Source of the DNA: Sulfolobus acidocaldarius DSM 639
GTDB lineage: Archaea > Thermoproteota > Thermoprotei_A > Sulfolobales > Sulfolobaceae
DNA length: 32,000 bases
Direction of reading: 5' to 3'
Assembly: GCF_000012285.1 (NCBI RefSeq)
Contig: NC_007181.1
Coordinates: forward strand, 2,040,001 to 2,072,000
In this document: one piece after another, positions 6,825-16,171 of the stretch
Position numbering within the stretch: the first letter of the stretch is position 1
Layout of the letters: every line of letters starts with the position of its first letter
The notes under the pieces: model-generated
The model's database searches: none
What the model saw: the letters and a program-made list of their open reading frames with translations, nothing else
Told to the model about the DNA's origin: nothing
Program-made: the position numbers and the translations under genes

Positions 6825-8798
6825 TTATTTCCCCTTGTACTTCGGTTGTCTTCTTTCCACAAACGCCCTCATTCCCTCTTTAAAGTCCTCAGTAGCTGAC
6901 AATATTAGAAGGTCTTGAGAGGCAGACTGTAATTGCTGAAGATAGCTGTTCCTTATGGAATTTACAGCTCTCTTTATTGCCATACTTGATAATGGCGCAA
7001 TCTTCTTAGCCTTTTCAACTATCTCCACAGTTGCAATCTCCAATTGGTCATGGGGTACTACAATGTCGACTAAACCTAACTCTTTAGCCTGTTTAGCACT
7101 CATCCAATCTCCGGTTAATGCATATCTAGCGATCTTCCTACTTATAAAACCTACACCCATGGAGGAAGCTAAAGGTGGCAACGCACCGATTAAACCCTCT
7201 GGTATAGCAAACATAGCATCGTCACTTGCCACTATTATATCGAATAATATGTTAAGCTCCATTCCGCCTCCAAATGCCAAACCGTTAACTGCTGAAATTA
7301 CAGGTTTAGGGTAGTTCAGAAGTAGATTTATCAACGGAGAAGAGAACTTCTCGTTCCATTCCATAGCGCCTGCCACACTCCCCCAGTAATTCATCATCTC
7401 GATATCGTCTCCTGCGCAGAACGCCCTTCCCTCTCCTGTGATTACCACAGCCCTTATCTCAGAGTCGTCCTTAGCCTTCTTAAAGGCTTCAGTTAAACCA
7501 CTCCACATGGCTTCATTCAATGCGTTAAGCTTATCAGCTCTTGACATGGTTATTTTAGCGTAATCATGTAATTTCTCGTACTTAACAGGACCAAAGTTAG
7601 CCTTCTCATAGTTCCACTTAAAAAACCCCTCCCCACTCTTCACACCCAACTTTCCCTTACTGACCATCTCGGTTAAAAGGGGATCAGGCTTATAGTACTC
7701 GTTCTTTGTCACCTCATACCTCTCCTCTAAGAACTTCAACACATTATCAATCCCGTATTTGTCTGCAAAGGTCAGTGGACCCTGTGGCCAATTCATACCT
7801 TTGACCATACCCTTTTCAATGTCCTGAGCTGAAGAGACATCGTTCCTGAGTATCCAAGCTGCCTCATTAACAGCAGGCGCAATAATCCTCAAAGGGTTAA
7901 CATAATACATGTTGTCTGTGGGGACTACTCTTGCTCTTTCGTAAGTCTTACTTGTGTAAGTGTAGAAACCTTTACCGCTCTTTATCCCTAATCTGCCTTC
8001 TTCAACTAACTTCTTCAATACCTTGAAGTGTGGAGGTTCTCCTTCACCCCTTTTTATAGCCTCTAACCCTGCGTTATATGCTACGTCTATACCTGTAAAG
8101 TCCATGAGCTCCAAAAACCCCATGGGCATACCTAATCTAAACCTGCTCATTGCGTCAATATCCTCCTTTGAATATCCCTCGTCATAGAGTAATACTGCCT
8201 CGGGGAAAGTTCGACCATTTATTCTGTTAATTAAGAATCCAGGCACGTCTTTCTTAACGACTACATAGTCTTTGTTGATCTTCTTAGCAAGGTCAATAGT
8301 GGTCTTCAAGGTCTCTTCTGCAGTCTTATTCCCCATAATTATCTCCACAAGGGGCATTAATACGGGTGGATTCATAAAGTGTAAACCTATGAACTTTTCT
8401 TGCCTTCCAGTAACTTCTGCTAGATAACTTATTGGAATTGTTGATGTATTAGTTGCGAATATGGCATCTTTCTTTACAACTCTGTCCAATTCTGAAAAAA
8501 TCTTTCTTTTAACATCTGATCTTTCTATGGCTGCTTCAATGATAAAGTCTACATCTGAAAAATCCCCAAAGCTAACAGTTGTTTTAATTCTTGATAACAC
8601 TGTGTTTGGGTTCTCCTTAATTTGTCTTTTTTCCCTTAACTTCTCCAATGACCATCTTATTTTTTCCAATGCGTTCCTCAAGATATCTTCATTGACGTCT
8701 GTTAAAACCACGTTAAAGCCTGCTATAGCTACAACTTCAGCTATCCCATGACCCATAGTTCCTGCTCCGACTACACCTACTCTTGAGATTTGTGACAT
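6825..8798 (-). CDS. Bifunctional 3-hydroxyacyl-CoA dehydrogenase (N-terminal) / enoyl-CoA hydratase (C-terminal)
   Basis: The N-terminal Rossmann motif is 'VGVVGAGTMGHGIAE'. The C-terminal crotonase motifs are 'ITGEGRAFCAGDDI', 'GGGMELNILFD' and 'FAIPEGLIG'. I prefer the ATG at 8798 (MSQISRVGVVGAG) over the track start at 8846, which adds a hydrophobic extension. Confidence 0.85.
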   Translation of the reverse strand: MSQISRVGVVGAGTMGHGIAEVVAIAGFNVVLTDVNEDILRNALEKIRWSLEKLREKRQIKENPNTVLSRIKTTVSFGDFSDVDFIIEAAIERSDVKRKIFSELDRVVKKDAIFATNTSTIPISYLAEVTGRQEKFIGLHFMNPPVLMPLVEIIMGNKTAEETLKTTIDLAKKINKDYVVVKKDVPGFLINRINGRTFPEAVLLYDEGYSKEDIDAMSRFRLGMPMGFLELMDFTGIDVAYNAGLEAIKRGEGEPPHFKVLKKLVEEGRLGIKSGKGFYTYTSKTYERARVVPTDNMYYVNPLRIIAPAVNEAAWILRNDVSSAQDIEKGMVKGMNWPQGPLTFADKYGIDNVLKFLEERYEVTKNEYYKPDPLLTEMVSKGKLGVKSGEGFFKWNYEKANFGPVKYEKLHDYAKITMSRADKLNALNEAMWSGLTEAFKKAKDDSEIRAVVITGEGRAFCAGDDIEMMNYWGSVAGAMEWNEKFSSPLINLLLNYPKPVISAVNGLAFGGGMELNILFDIIVASDDAMFAIPEGLIGALPPLASSMGVGFISRKIARYALTGDWMSAKQAKELGLVDIVVPHDQLEIATVEIVEKAKKIAPLSSMAIKRAVNSIRNSYLQQLQSASQDLLILSATEDFKEGMRAFVERRQPKYKGK

Positions 8799-8877
8799 TA
8801 TTATTAAATAAATAAATAAGATATTAAAGTTTAGTTTGAACCACAAAACTAATTAAGTTAAGCAGAAAATATTAATT

Positions 8878-10065
8878 ATGTCCAATGTTGCTATAGTAGG
8901 TACAGGACATACAAAATTTGGAGTAAGAACGGACGTCAACCTTCAAGAGCTTACTTGGGAAGCAGTTAAGCAAGCTCTTGAGGAAGCTAACTTAGAACAA
9001 AAGGACATAGAGATGTTTGTAGTGGGTAACGCAGGTGGATGGAGTTCTGAGCCCCTCTCAGCAATAGCAATAGGAGAATACTGCAATTTAGCCCCAAAGG
9101 GAACCATGAGGGTTGAAGCTGCATGTGCTACAGGGAGTGCTGCCATAAGAATAGCTTATCAGGCAATTAAGTCTGGTGAGGCTAAAGTAGCCTTAGTAAT
9201 TGGTGTGGAGCAAATGAATCAGTCACCTCATCCTGTAGCGGTAGAGATGATGGGAAGGGCAGGGAACTACTTCTGGGAATTCGAAAACTTCGGCTTAACA
9301 TTCCCAGGTTACTATGCACTATATGCAACCCGTAGAATGGCTAAGTATGGAATGAAAGAAGAGGATTTAGGTAGTGTTGCTGTGAAGAACCACTATTATG
9401 GAAGTTATAACCCCTATGCCACATTCCAAAAGCAGATAAAGATGGAGGACTATTTGAAATCAAGAGTTGTCGCATATCCATTAAAATTATATGATGCATG
9501 CCCAATTACTGATGGTGCAGCTGCACTTATTTTAGCCTCTGAGGAAGTAGCAAGAAAGATAACAGACTCACCAGTATGGATAGTATCACAAGGGTTTGCC
9601 TCAGGTACTATAAATTTGTCTAAAAGAGAGGAGTTTCTGACTATAGATGCTTCACGAGTTGCCACAGAGGAAGCTTATAAGAGGGCTAAAATTGATTTCA
9701 GTGATGCATGGAGGTATTTTGATGTTGCAGATGTACATGACTGTTTCACAATAGCTGAGATAATGGCATATGAGGACTTAGGGTTTGCAAAGAGGGGAGA
9801 AGGACACTTGATGGCTAGGAATGGTGAGACATATATTGGTGGAAAAATACCAGTAAACGTTGATGGTGGTTTAAAGGCTAAAGGACACCCAATAGGGGCA
9901 ACAGGAGTAAGCATGGCAGTGTCAATAACAAGACAACTACTATACAGGGCACACAAGGGGACACAGGCAGACATAAGGAACGGGATGGGAATAACACACA
10001 ACGTAGGAGGAACAGGACACTACGCATACATAACAATATACTCAACCAGAAAACCAAATGCGTGA
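8878..10065 (+). CDS. Thiolase (acetyl-CoA C-acetyltransferase / 3-ketoacyl-CoA thiolase, archaeal SCP-x-like type)
   Basis: 'VEAACATGSAAIR' holds the active-site Cys. 'KGHPIGATG' and 'HNVGGTG' are the C-terminal thiolase motifs. Confidence 0.85.
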   Translation: MSNVAIVGTGHTKFGVRTDVNLQELTWEAVKQALEEANLEQKDIEMFVVGNAGGWSSEPLSAIAIGEYCNLAPKGTMRVEAACATGSAAIRIAYQAIKSGEAKVALVIGVEQMNQSPHPVAVEMMGRAGNYFWEFENFGLTFPGYYALYATRRMAKYGMKEEDLGSVAVKNHYYGSYNPYATFQKQIKMEDYLKSRVVAYPLKLYDACPITDGAAALILASEEVARKITDSPVWIVSQGFASGTINLSKREEFLTIDASRVATEEAYKRAKIDFSDAWRYFDVADVHDCFTIAEIMAYEDLGFAKRGEGHLMARNGETYIGGKIPVNVDGGLKAKGHPIGATGVSMAVSITRQLLYRAHKGTQADIRNGMGITHNVGGTGHYAYITIYSTRKPNA

Positions 10066-10613
10066 TTAGGATGGGAACCTTAGAGATTAAGGAAAAGCAA
10101 TTCAATGAAATAGATAAGAGAGTCTTAGAGCAGATTGATCAACTTATTAAAATATATGGAATGCCAATAATGAGAGAACCAAAAACAAATAACCCATTGT
10201 GGGTTGATGTTAGGGATTTAACACAACGTTACGTTATTCCAATTGGGAAAATATACAAGTTTTTTGAGTACTTGAACCAAGGGAAGTTAATAGGGACAAA
10301 GTGCCCAAAATGCGGTACCATATATTTTCCCCCACAAGATGATTGTACAAGTTGTAGATTATCTGGACTAACAACCGTAGAATTATCTGGAGAGGGAGAA
10401 TTGTTAACATACACAATTATAACAGTTAAACCTCTAAGTTTTATGCATTATCAAGATTACATAGTGGGTATAGCTAGACTAAAGGAAGGGATTAATGTCT
10501 TAGCATGGGTGAATGAGGATCCTAAGAATATCCAGGTTGGAATGAAAGTTAAGCTGTCAGTGGTAAAGAGGGAACCTGAGGGTTATATTACATATGAGTT
10601 AAGGAAAGCTTAG
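10062..10613 (+). CDS. DUF35-family protein (Zn-ribbon plus OB-fold), thiolase partner
   Basis: 'CPKCGTIYFPPQDDCTSC' is a rubredoxin-like Zn ribbon and is followed by an OB-fold-like segment. The GTG start overlaps the thiolase stop (GTGA at 10062..10065). An alternative ATG lies at 10071. Confidence 0.8.
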   Translation: MIRMGTLEIKEKQFNEIDKRVLEQIDQLIKIYGMPIMREPKTNNPLWVDVRDLTQRYVIPIGKIYKFFEYLNQGKLIGTKCPKCGTIYFPPQDDCTSCRLSGLTTVELSGEGELLTYTIITVKPLSFMHYQDYIVGIARLKEGINVLAWVNEDPKNIQVGMKVKLSVVKREPEGYITYELRKA

Positions 10614-10680
10614 GTTTAAGGAGCTATGAATAATAAAAAAACTAAATTATCACTTTTTATCTATCTAAAAAGGAATAATA

Positions 10681-12348
10681 TTAAGAAGAAGTAAATAAGT
10701 TTTTATATTTGTCCCTCAGTAATTTCTTATCAAACTTTCCTGTACTTGTTTTAGGTATCTCATCAACAAAGACAATATCATCTGGTAACTGCCACTTGGC
10801 AAACTTCTTGGACAAGTGATCAAGCAATGACTTCTTTACCTCGTCCTTAGGCAAATTCTCGTAATCCGACTTGAGCACTACAATAGCCAATGGTCTCTCA
10901 CCCCACTTAGGGTGAGGAACACCAACAACACTAGCCTCCCTAACATAAGGATGAGCCATCAAAAAGTTCTCCAAATCAATACTACTAATCCACTCACCAC
11001 CACTCTTAATCACATCCTTCAACCTATCAACAAGCCTAATATAACCCAGAGGATCAACAACACCAACATCACCACTCCTCCACCAACCATCAGGGGTAAA
11101 GGACTGTGATGTCCTGGGGTCGTTGTAATACTCTCTAGTTATCCACGGTCCTCTTATCCAAATCTCACCAACACTCTTACCATCCCATGGCAACTCCTGA
11201 TTAGTAATTGGGTCAACAACCTTAACTTCAACACCGAAAACAATCAATCCCTGCTTCATTTTAAGGAACTTATCCTCAGCAGGTAAATTATCTATCTCTG
11301 ACTTGGAGAAACCCACAGATACCACTGGACTAGTCTCAGTTGCACCATACCCCTGATAAACTTCCACACCATATTTAGCCAGTTCTGATACTAGTTTAGA
11401 TGGTGGTTCCTGACCTCCCATAGAGATCTTTAAGCCCTTAAGGTCTGGTTTAGGATCCATCTTTTCCAATCTTTTAAGAAGCTCAATTATTATAGTGGGC
11501 ACTGCTGCAGTTCTAGTGACCTTGTAATTTAAGATGTAGTCTGTTAGACTCTCAGGTGTAGGTCTTCCAGGATATATCTGTCTACATCCCTGCATTGCAG
11601 CAGCAAATGGAGTTCCCCATCCATTGGCGTGAAACATTGGAACAACTTGAAGTAATGTGTCTGTGGGTCTCATATCATGGGCAACGGTCATTGCGTGAAG
11701 CACCACTGACCTGTGAGAGTAGAAAACTCCCTTGGGTAGACCTGTTGTCCCTGAGGTAAAAGCAGCATAAGCAGCGCTCTTTTCATTCACTTCTTCAAAT
11801 CTTCTATTTGGAGAGTGGGATTTTACCAATTCCTCATATCCGTAAACTTTTGATGCTAGACTCATACCCTTTAGGGGCTCTATCTCCTCAAGTGACTTAT
11901 CACTCATTACCACAATGAAATCAAATTTATACTCCTTGGATAGGATCTGTGCAAGTAATAACAGTGAGTCGTCTATAAACAGACCTTTAGCCTTGGTGTG
12001 TTTTACAATATAAACTAAATCAGATGGGTGAAGCCTGAAATTAAGCTCTAACAGGACTCCTCCTATTGAAGGAACTGAAAAATATGACTCGAAAAACCTA
12101 TGGTCGTTCCAGTCTATTATACCCACAACATCACTGGGCTTAACATCAAGTTCCTTTTCCAGAGCATTAGCCATACTACGCACTCTATCTAATACCTTTC
12201 CGTAGTTTAGAATATGCAGTTCTCCACCCTGAAGTCTTCTATCGGAAATGATCTCAGTCGTAGGGTGAACCTTTCCTGCGTATTCCAAAACCTTATGAAC
12301 ACTTAATTGCCAATCATCGTTTGTAGTGGATTTAGCTCCATCAATCAT
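10681..12348 (-). CDS. Medium/long-chain fatty-acid--CoA ligase (AMP-forming acyl-CoA synthetase)
   Basis: Motifs present: '[16 protein letters not shown]' P-loop, '[10 protein letters not shown]', 'GYGATET', 'WWRSGD', '[14 protein letters not shown]' and '[10 protein letters not shown]'. I chose the ATG at 12348; the track start is a TTG at 12369. Confidence 0.85.
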   Translation of the reverse strand: MIDGAKSTTNDDWQLSVHKVLEYAGKVHPTTEIISDRRLQGGELHILNYGKVLDRVRSMANALEKELDVKPSDVVGIIDWNDHRFFESYFSVPSIGGVLLELNFRLHPSDLVYIVKHTKAKGLFIDDSLLLLAQILSKEYKFDFIVVMSDKSLEEIEPLKGMSLASKVYGYEELVKSHSPNRRFEEVNEKSAAYAAFTSGTTGLPKGVFYSHRSVVLHAMTVAHDMRPTDTLLQVVPMFHANGWGTPFAAAMQGCRQIYPGRPTPESLTDYILNYKVTRTAAVPTIIIELLKRLEKMDPKPDLKGLKISMGGQEPPSKLVSELAKYGVEVYQGYGATETSPVVSVGFSKSEIDNLPAEDKFLKMKQGLIVFGVEVKVVDPITNQELPWDGKSVGEIWIRGPWITREYYNDPRTSQSFTPDGWWRSGDVGVVDPLGYIRLVDRLKDVIKSGGEWISSIDLENFLMAHPYVREASVVGVPHPKWGERPLAIVVLKSDYENLPKDEVKKSLLDHLSKKFAKWQLPDDIVFVDEIPKTSTGKFDKKLLRDKYKNLFTSS

Positions 12349-12411
12349 AATATATACTACATTTAGCAATTTTATATATTTAACTTGAAATACAACTTAT
12401 AACTTTCGACA

Positions 12412-12427
12412 TTAATAACGTTATTAA
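12412..12427. promoter_or_regulatory. Perfect 16-bp palindrome TTAATAACGTTATTAA in a divergent promoter region; candidate operator
   Basis: Read directly from the sequence: TTAATAAC is the reverse complement of GTTATTAA. It lies between the acyl-CoA synthetase start (minus strand) and the R2lox-like gene start (plus strand). Its function is inferred only. Confidence 0.35.
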
Positions 12428-12557
12428 CTGTTTAATTTCCACTTATCCATTAGATATGTTGAGTTGATTTCGTTTAAGAAAAATAAATAACTTAAATAAA
12501 AGGCAAATTTATTAATAGGAAGTATTACTTATTATATTAATCAAGGGTGAAATAGAT

Positions 12558-13550
12558 ATGATTAATTCAGAGTATGGAAATACTACCAAGGAAGGAAAAA
12601 TACTTCACAATAAGTTTAAATCAACTGTAGAGGGACTTGACTGGAACACATTTCCCATGAGACTATTTGAAATTGGAGAGAAATTCAGGTGGACTGCATA
12701 TGAGCTAGATTTTTCTAAGGATAGAGAGGACTGGAAAAAGTTAAAGCCATCTGACAGAACCCAAAACAAAATTATATCTTCTTATTTCCTAGCAGGAGAG
12801 GAGTGTGTAGCTAGGGATATATTACCCTTAGCCAACGCAATGGAGGAGTTGGGGTTAATTGAGGAAGCCCTGTATCTTACACAGTTTGCTAGAGACGAAG
12901 CTAATCATACTGTAGCATTTAGAAAGTGGTTTGAGAGTGTAGGTGAGACAGAAGGAATATATGACTTCACCTACAAAAATGAGCCGTATAGGAGATTGTT
13001 CTACGAAATAATACCAACAGATATGAGAAGGTTATATAATGATCCTTCACCTGAAAACATAGTAAGGGCAGTAGTTTCCTATAACTTTGTTGCAGAAGGA
13101 ATATTAGCAGAAACAGGATATTACGGTTATGTGAAGGGTTATGAGAAAATCTTACCTGCTTTACCTGGACTATATAAGATGGTTAAGTTAATCACCAGGG
13201 ATGAAGCTAGACATATTTCGTTTGGTGCATATGTGGCTGCACTAATGATATCAATGCATGGTGACAGTGTGTTAAATGAGTTCAATAGGTATTTCGGGCA
13301 GTTAACCCAAGAGATAGGATTTCCTTTAATCGAAGCTAATAGAAAGATCCAGTTATCATATGACTGGAAAGAAGAAGACAAAGGACCTCTCTACAAATAC
13401 TTCGTGGAAAGCGAAGAAGGTTTTCAAGACGTGATGAGTTTTGCCACTAGGATGTTCCAGCAGAGATATGCTGTAATAGAGAGAGCAGTGAAAATGAGAC
13501 CTGAACAAGTAAGGAGACTACATTTAAGAGATATAGGTATAGAAGAATAA
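12558..13550 (+). CDS. R2-like ligand-binding oxidase (R2lox)-type ferritin-like di-metal carboxylate protein, paralog A
   Basis: The ligand set is 'AGEEC' (E81), 'RDEANH' (E114/H117), 'VAEGILAETGY' (E180) and 'RDEARH' (E216/H219). Phe121 occupies the position of the RNR radical Tyr. V84 (E+3) and Y175 (E-5) are present. GGTGA lies at 12546..12550, 7 nt before the ATG. Confidence 0.75.
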   Translation: MINSEYGNTTKEGKILHNKFKSTVEGLDWNTFPMRLFEIGEKFRWTAYELDFSKDREDWKKLKPSDRTQNKIISSYFLAGEECVARDILPLANAMEELGLIEEALYLTQFARDEANHTVAFRKWFESVGETEGIYDFTYKNEPYRRLFYEIIPTDMRRLYNDPSPENIVRAVVSYNFVAEGILAETGYYGYVKGYEKILPALPGLYKMVKLITRDEARHISFGAYVAALMISMHGDSVLNEFNRYFGQLTQEIGFPLIEANRKIQLSYDWKEEDKGPLYKYFVESEEGFQDVMSFATRMFQQRYAVIERAVKMRPEQVRRLHLRDIGIEE

Positions 13551-13559
13551 CCGGATTTT

Positions 13560-13607
13560 GAGATAAAAAACATAGGTTTAACTTTTTTATTCATGATTTT
13601 TTATCTC
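13560..13607. terminator. Inverted repeat between convergent genes; candidate bidirectional terminator
   Basis: GAGATAAAAAA (13560..13570) and TTTTTTATCTC (13597..13607) form an 11-bp perfect inverted repeat with a 26-nt spacer that contains T-runs. It lies between the R2lox-A stop (13550) and the hydrolase stop (13621). Confidence 0.35.
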
Positions 13608-13620
13608 TAAGTATCTACTC

Positions 13621-14565
13621 TTATCCTAGGAAGGACGTCACTAAGTTAATAAATTGAGTAGGATACTGGTATATCAGTCCATGACCCGCATCAGGGCTAA
13701 AGATATATAACTGCGCATTTGGTATGTTCTCAGCTAAATACTGACTATTCTGAGGAGGCAGTAAAAGATCACTGTCACCTCCGATAACAAGTGTTGGTGC
13801 TGTGATGTTTTGCAGTTGCCCTACTGAGTTAAACGTAGCTAAAGCATTAGTCTGCTTTAAAACACTTGTATAACTTATCGGGTATTTCTCCAGTGTAAAT
13901 AAGACATACTTTGCTACGTCTGGGTGAGCCTGTAACCAATCACTTGGCACTAAATAAGGAATTATAGTCTCGACCGTAACAGTTGGATCAGAAGCTGTAA
14001 ATCCAGTTATAATAGATTGAGGGGAGACTTTCGGAGGATACAGGTAAATATTAGGTGCAGTACATAGCAATACTAGTTTATTTACATAGCTCGGGTAGTC
14101 AATGGCTATCTGTTGGGCTACAAAACCACCCATTGACCAGCCTAGAACATTCAGGTTAGAGTAACCTAGATAGTTTAGTAGACCTATGGTATCACTGGCA
14201 TATAACGGAATTGTATAAGTTAATGCATCATGAAGAGGATCTTGACCTACTGTACCACTCCTTCCTGTACCCCTATTATCGAAAATTATGACCTCATACT
14301 GCGACGCTAAACCATTTATAATTATAGGTCCCCAACTCTCTAAGTTTCCCAAATATCCCATTATCATTATAAGTGGTTCTCCACTCCCATATATCTCATA
14401 GTAAATATGTATATTGTTTACTGGAGCCCAGCCGAACTCCTTGGGAACCAAGTTAGAGTAATTTATTTGAGGCGGTGTCTGTGATATACTTAACGGGATT
14501 CTCGTAGCTAATGCGCCTGCTATAGCCCCAGCACCTAAAATCTTAATAGCGTCTCTCCTGTTCAT
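13621..14565 (-). CDS. Exported alpha/beta-fold hydrolase (esterase/lipase-like) with a twin-arginine signal peptide
   Basis: The N-terminus 'MNRRDAIKILGAGAIAGALA' is a Tat-type signal. 'GWSMGG' is the nucleophile elbow (GxSxG). 'GGDSDLL' and 'DAGHGL' are candidates for the Asp and His of the catalytic triad. Confidence 0.8.
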   Translation of the reverse strand: MNRRDAIKILGAGAIAGALATRIPLSISQTPPQINYSNLVPKEFGWAPVNNIHIYYEIYGSGEPLIMIMGYLGNLESWGPIIINGLASQYEVIIFDNRGTGRSGTVGQDPLHDALTYTIPLYASDTIGLLNYLGYSNLNVLGWSMGGFVAQQIAIDYPSYVNKLVLLCTAPNIYLYPPKVSPQSIITGFTASDPTVTVETIIPYLVPSDWLQAHPDVAKYVLFTLEKYPISYTSVLKQTNALATFNSVGQLQNITAPTLVIGGDSDLLLPPQNSQYLAENIPNAQLYIFSPDAGHGLIYQYPTQFINLVTSFLG

Positions 14566-14662
14566 GGCTGATTAAAGATATATCTAAACTAGTTTTTAAA
14601 GTTTTGTCATAAAGTTTCAGAATTTAGTAAAATAATTTCATTTGACTTAAAAATTCAGGGTA

Positions 14663-16171
14663 TTACCTACGCCTTACCAGGAGTAAGACAACTATAACAA
14701 TGATAATAACGACCACTATAACGACGATAATGAATGGGCTAATTGAAGGACTGCTTGTTGTTTGAGGTTGTGAGAGACCACTTGATAAAGGCTCAGTACT
14801 ACTAACTGATGTGGAAGAGCTCTCTCCTACCTGTGATAATGAAGTTGAAACTTGACTGCTAGTGGTAGCTTGATTTGAGGACGTTGTCTGGGACACTGAA
14901 GTTGTACTTATAGACGTTGATGTATTGCTAGTACTTGTGGGGGTACTTTGAGAAGTTGTACTAGTAGGTATCACACCGTATTTAATTTCATACACGTTAA
15001 TAATTAACGAAGAGCCTTCTGTATATGCAGAATACGCCTGGTTTCCTATAATAATTAGCGGGTTGTTCAATGTTATGTTGAATATATATCCTGTCTTGGT
15101 ATTCACCAGGTATAACTTATTTCCGTTTGCTATTGAGATGTTTTGTGATACCATAAATGCCTGAACGTCATTGGAAATAAGGGGGAGCTGAGATACCGTT
15201 TTAATATTTTCATCATGAATAGAGACTAAATCTAGCGTCCCATTACCTTTACCAATTATATACAAGGATGAATTAATGACTCCCAGGGGAGTTGAGGATA
15301 ATGGAAATTGGATCGAACCTATTTCCATTAATGGTTTCGGTGAGGATAAATTAAGATCATATACATTTATCCCAGTGTTTTTCAGGTCAACGTACACTAA
15401 GTTATTTACACTGGCGATCCAATCTATCTCTTGGGGTAACGTAAAGTTGGCGATGACACTGAGAGATACTGGGTCTGATGGGTTAGTAGCTAAATAGGCA
15501 ATAAGTTGGTTTGAACCCTGATATGAGTTGCCTAGAATAATTACCTTGTAGTTATGGTTGATTGCTATTCCATATGCAGCTGTTGGCATTCCCGTTAAAG
15601 GGGTTAAAGTGGTATAGGGAGGATAGTAAAACCACCACTGATTGGGCTCATAAGAGATTAGGACCATGGAGAGATTAAATCCTTCATTGGGATAATTAAG
15701 TATAACATTTTCAGTATATGCGTCGCTAACCATTATGAATTGACCCGGTCTGTTGTACAACGACGAGTTCACGAAAGTCCCAGACTGTATATTGTTATAG
15801 TACTTGATCCCGTAATACATTCCGAGATAGTGACCGTCTGTAAATGAAGATACGCTAACTGTTGGCATCACCGGTGATGAAAGTGTGTAATTCAAAATTA
15901 GCTTCTCAGTATTCTCTGATGAAAGGTAAATATAGCTTATGTTGATATCATATGGAGAACTGCCCTTAATAGATACTGCAGGAATAACAAGACCATTGTT
16001 GAAATAAGTTATACCATAACTACTTGTAGAGTTCAAGGGAAATTGAAATGTGTATAATAGTTGAGGATAGTATCCCACTGCAGAATTGAAAACTGTATAC
16101 GGATAAATTGAGATTGCTAATAATGATATTGAAATTACCAACACTAACACTGATGATAATCTTTCTTTCAC
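14663..16171 (-). CDS. Surface protein with an N-terminal signal/anchor, a globular domain, a Ser/Thr-rich stalk and a C-terminal transmembrane anchor
   Basis: The N-terminal hydrophobic segment is 'VLVLVISISLLAISIY'. A Ser/Thr-rich stretch of about 80 aa ('TSTTSQSTPTSTSNTSTSISTTS...') follows the globular part. The protein ends in 'FIIVVIVVVIIIVIVVLLLVRRR'. There are many N-x-S/T sequons. The segment 'NNLVYVDLKNTGINVYDLNLSSPKP' resembles an LVIVD-type beta-propeller repeat (weak). Confidence 0.6.
   Translation of the reverse strand: MKERLSSVLVLVISISLLAISIYPYTVFNSAVGYYPQLLYTFQFPLNSTSSYGITYFNNGLVIPAVSIKGSSPYDINISYIYLSSENTEKLILNYTLSSPVMPTVSVSSFTDGHYLGMYYGIKYYNNIQSGTFVNSSLYNRPGQFIMVSDAYTENVILNYPNEGFNLSMVLISYEPNQWWFYYPPYTTLTPLTGMPTAAYGIAINHNYKVIILGNSYQGSNQLIAYLATNPSDPVSLSVIANFTLPQEIDWIASVNNLVYVDLKNTGINVYDLNLSSPKPLMEIGSIQFPLSSTPLGVINSSLYIIGKGNGTLDLVSIHDENIKTVSQLPLISNDVQAFMVSQNISIANGNKLYLVNTKTGYIFNITLNNPLIIIGNQAYSAYTEGSSLIINVYEIKYGVIPTSTTSQSTPTSTSNTSTSISTTSVSQTTSSNQATTSSQVSTSLSQVGESSSTSVSSTEPLSSGLSQPQTTSSPSISPFIIVVIVVVIIIVIVVLLLVRRR

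Noticed and set aside
6955-7314. 119-aa plus-strand ORF (and the similar ORF at 8461..8751) inside the dehydrogenase/hydratase fusion gene
   Set aside because: It is fully embedded antisense to a gene with strong domain motifs. It is a shadow ORF.
8799-8846. N-terminal extensions offered by the ORF track: 8846 for the fusion gene, 23840 for SCP2-like B and 26274 for the ADH
   Set aside because: The extensions add hydrophobic or odd leaders (MWFKLNFNILFIYLII, MLGQIFYKNMYLYILN, MFFKYKL) ahead of natural N-termini. These are an ATG directly before the Rossmann GxGxxG, 'MSQTQEYLFPSKEW' parallel to the paralog, and 'MKAAIFKG'. The extensions would also overlap TATA-like promoter sequence.
9675-10105. 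Two minus-strand ORFs (108 and 75 aa) antisense to the thiolase 3' end
   Set aside because: They are embedded in a strongly supported thiolase gene. Their Cys/Leu/Pro-rich sequence matches no motif.
12558-13550. Calling the two ferritin-like ORFs (also 23999..25036) ribonucleotide reductase small subunits
   Set aside because: Phe replaces the radical-harbouring Tyr at E+7 of the first ExxH motif in both ORFs. No RNR large subunit is nearby. The N-terminal and ligand-adjacent residues fit the R2lox subgroup instead.
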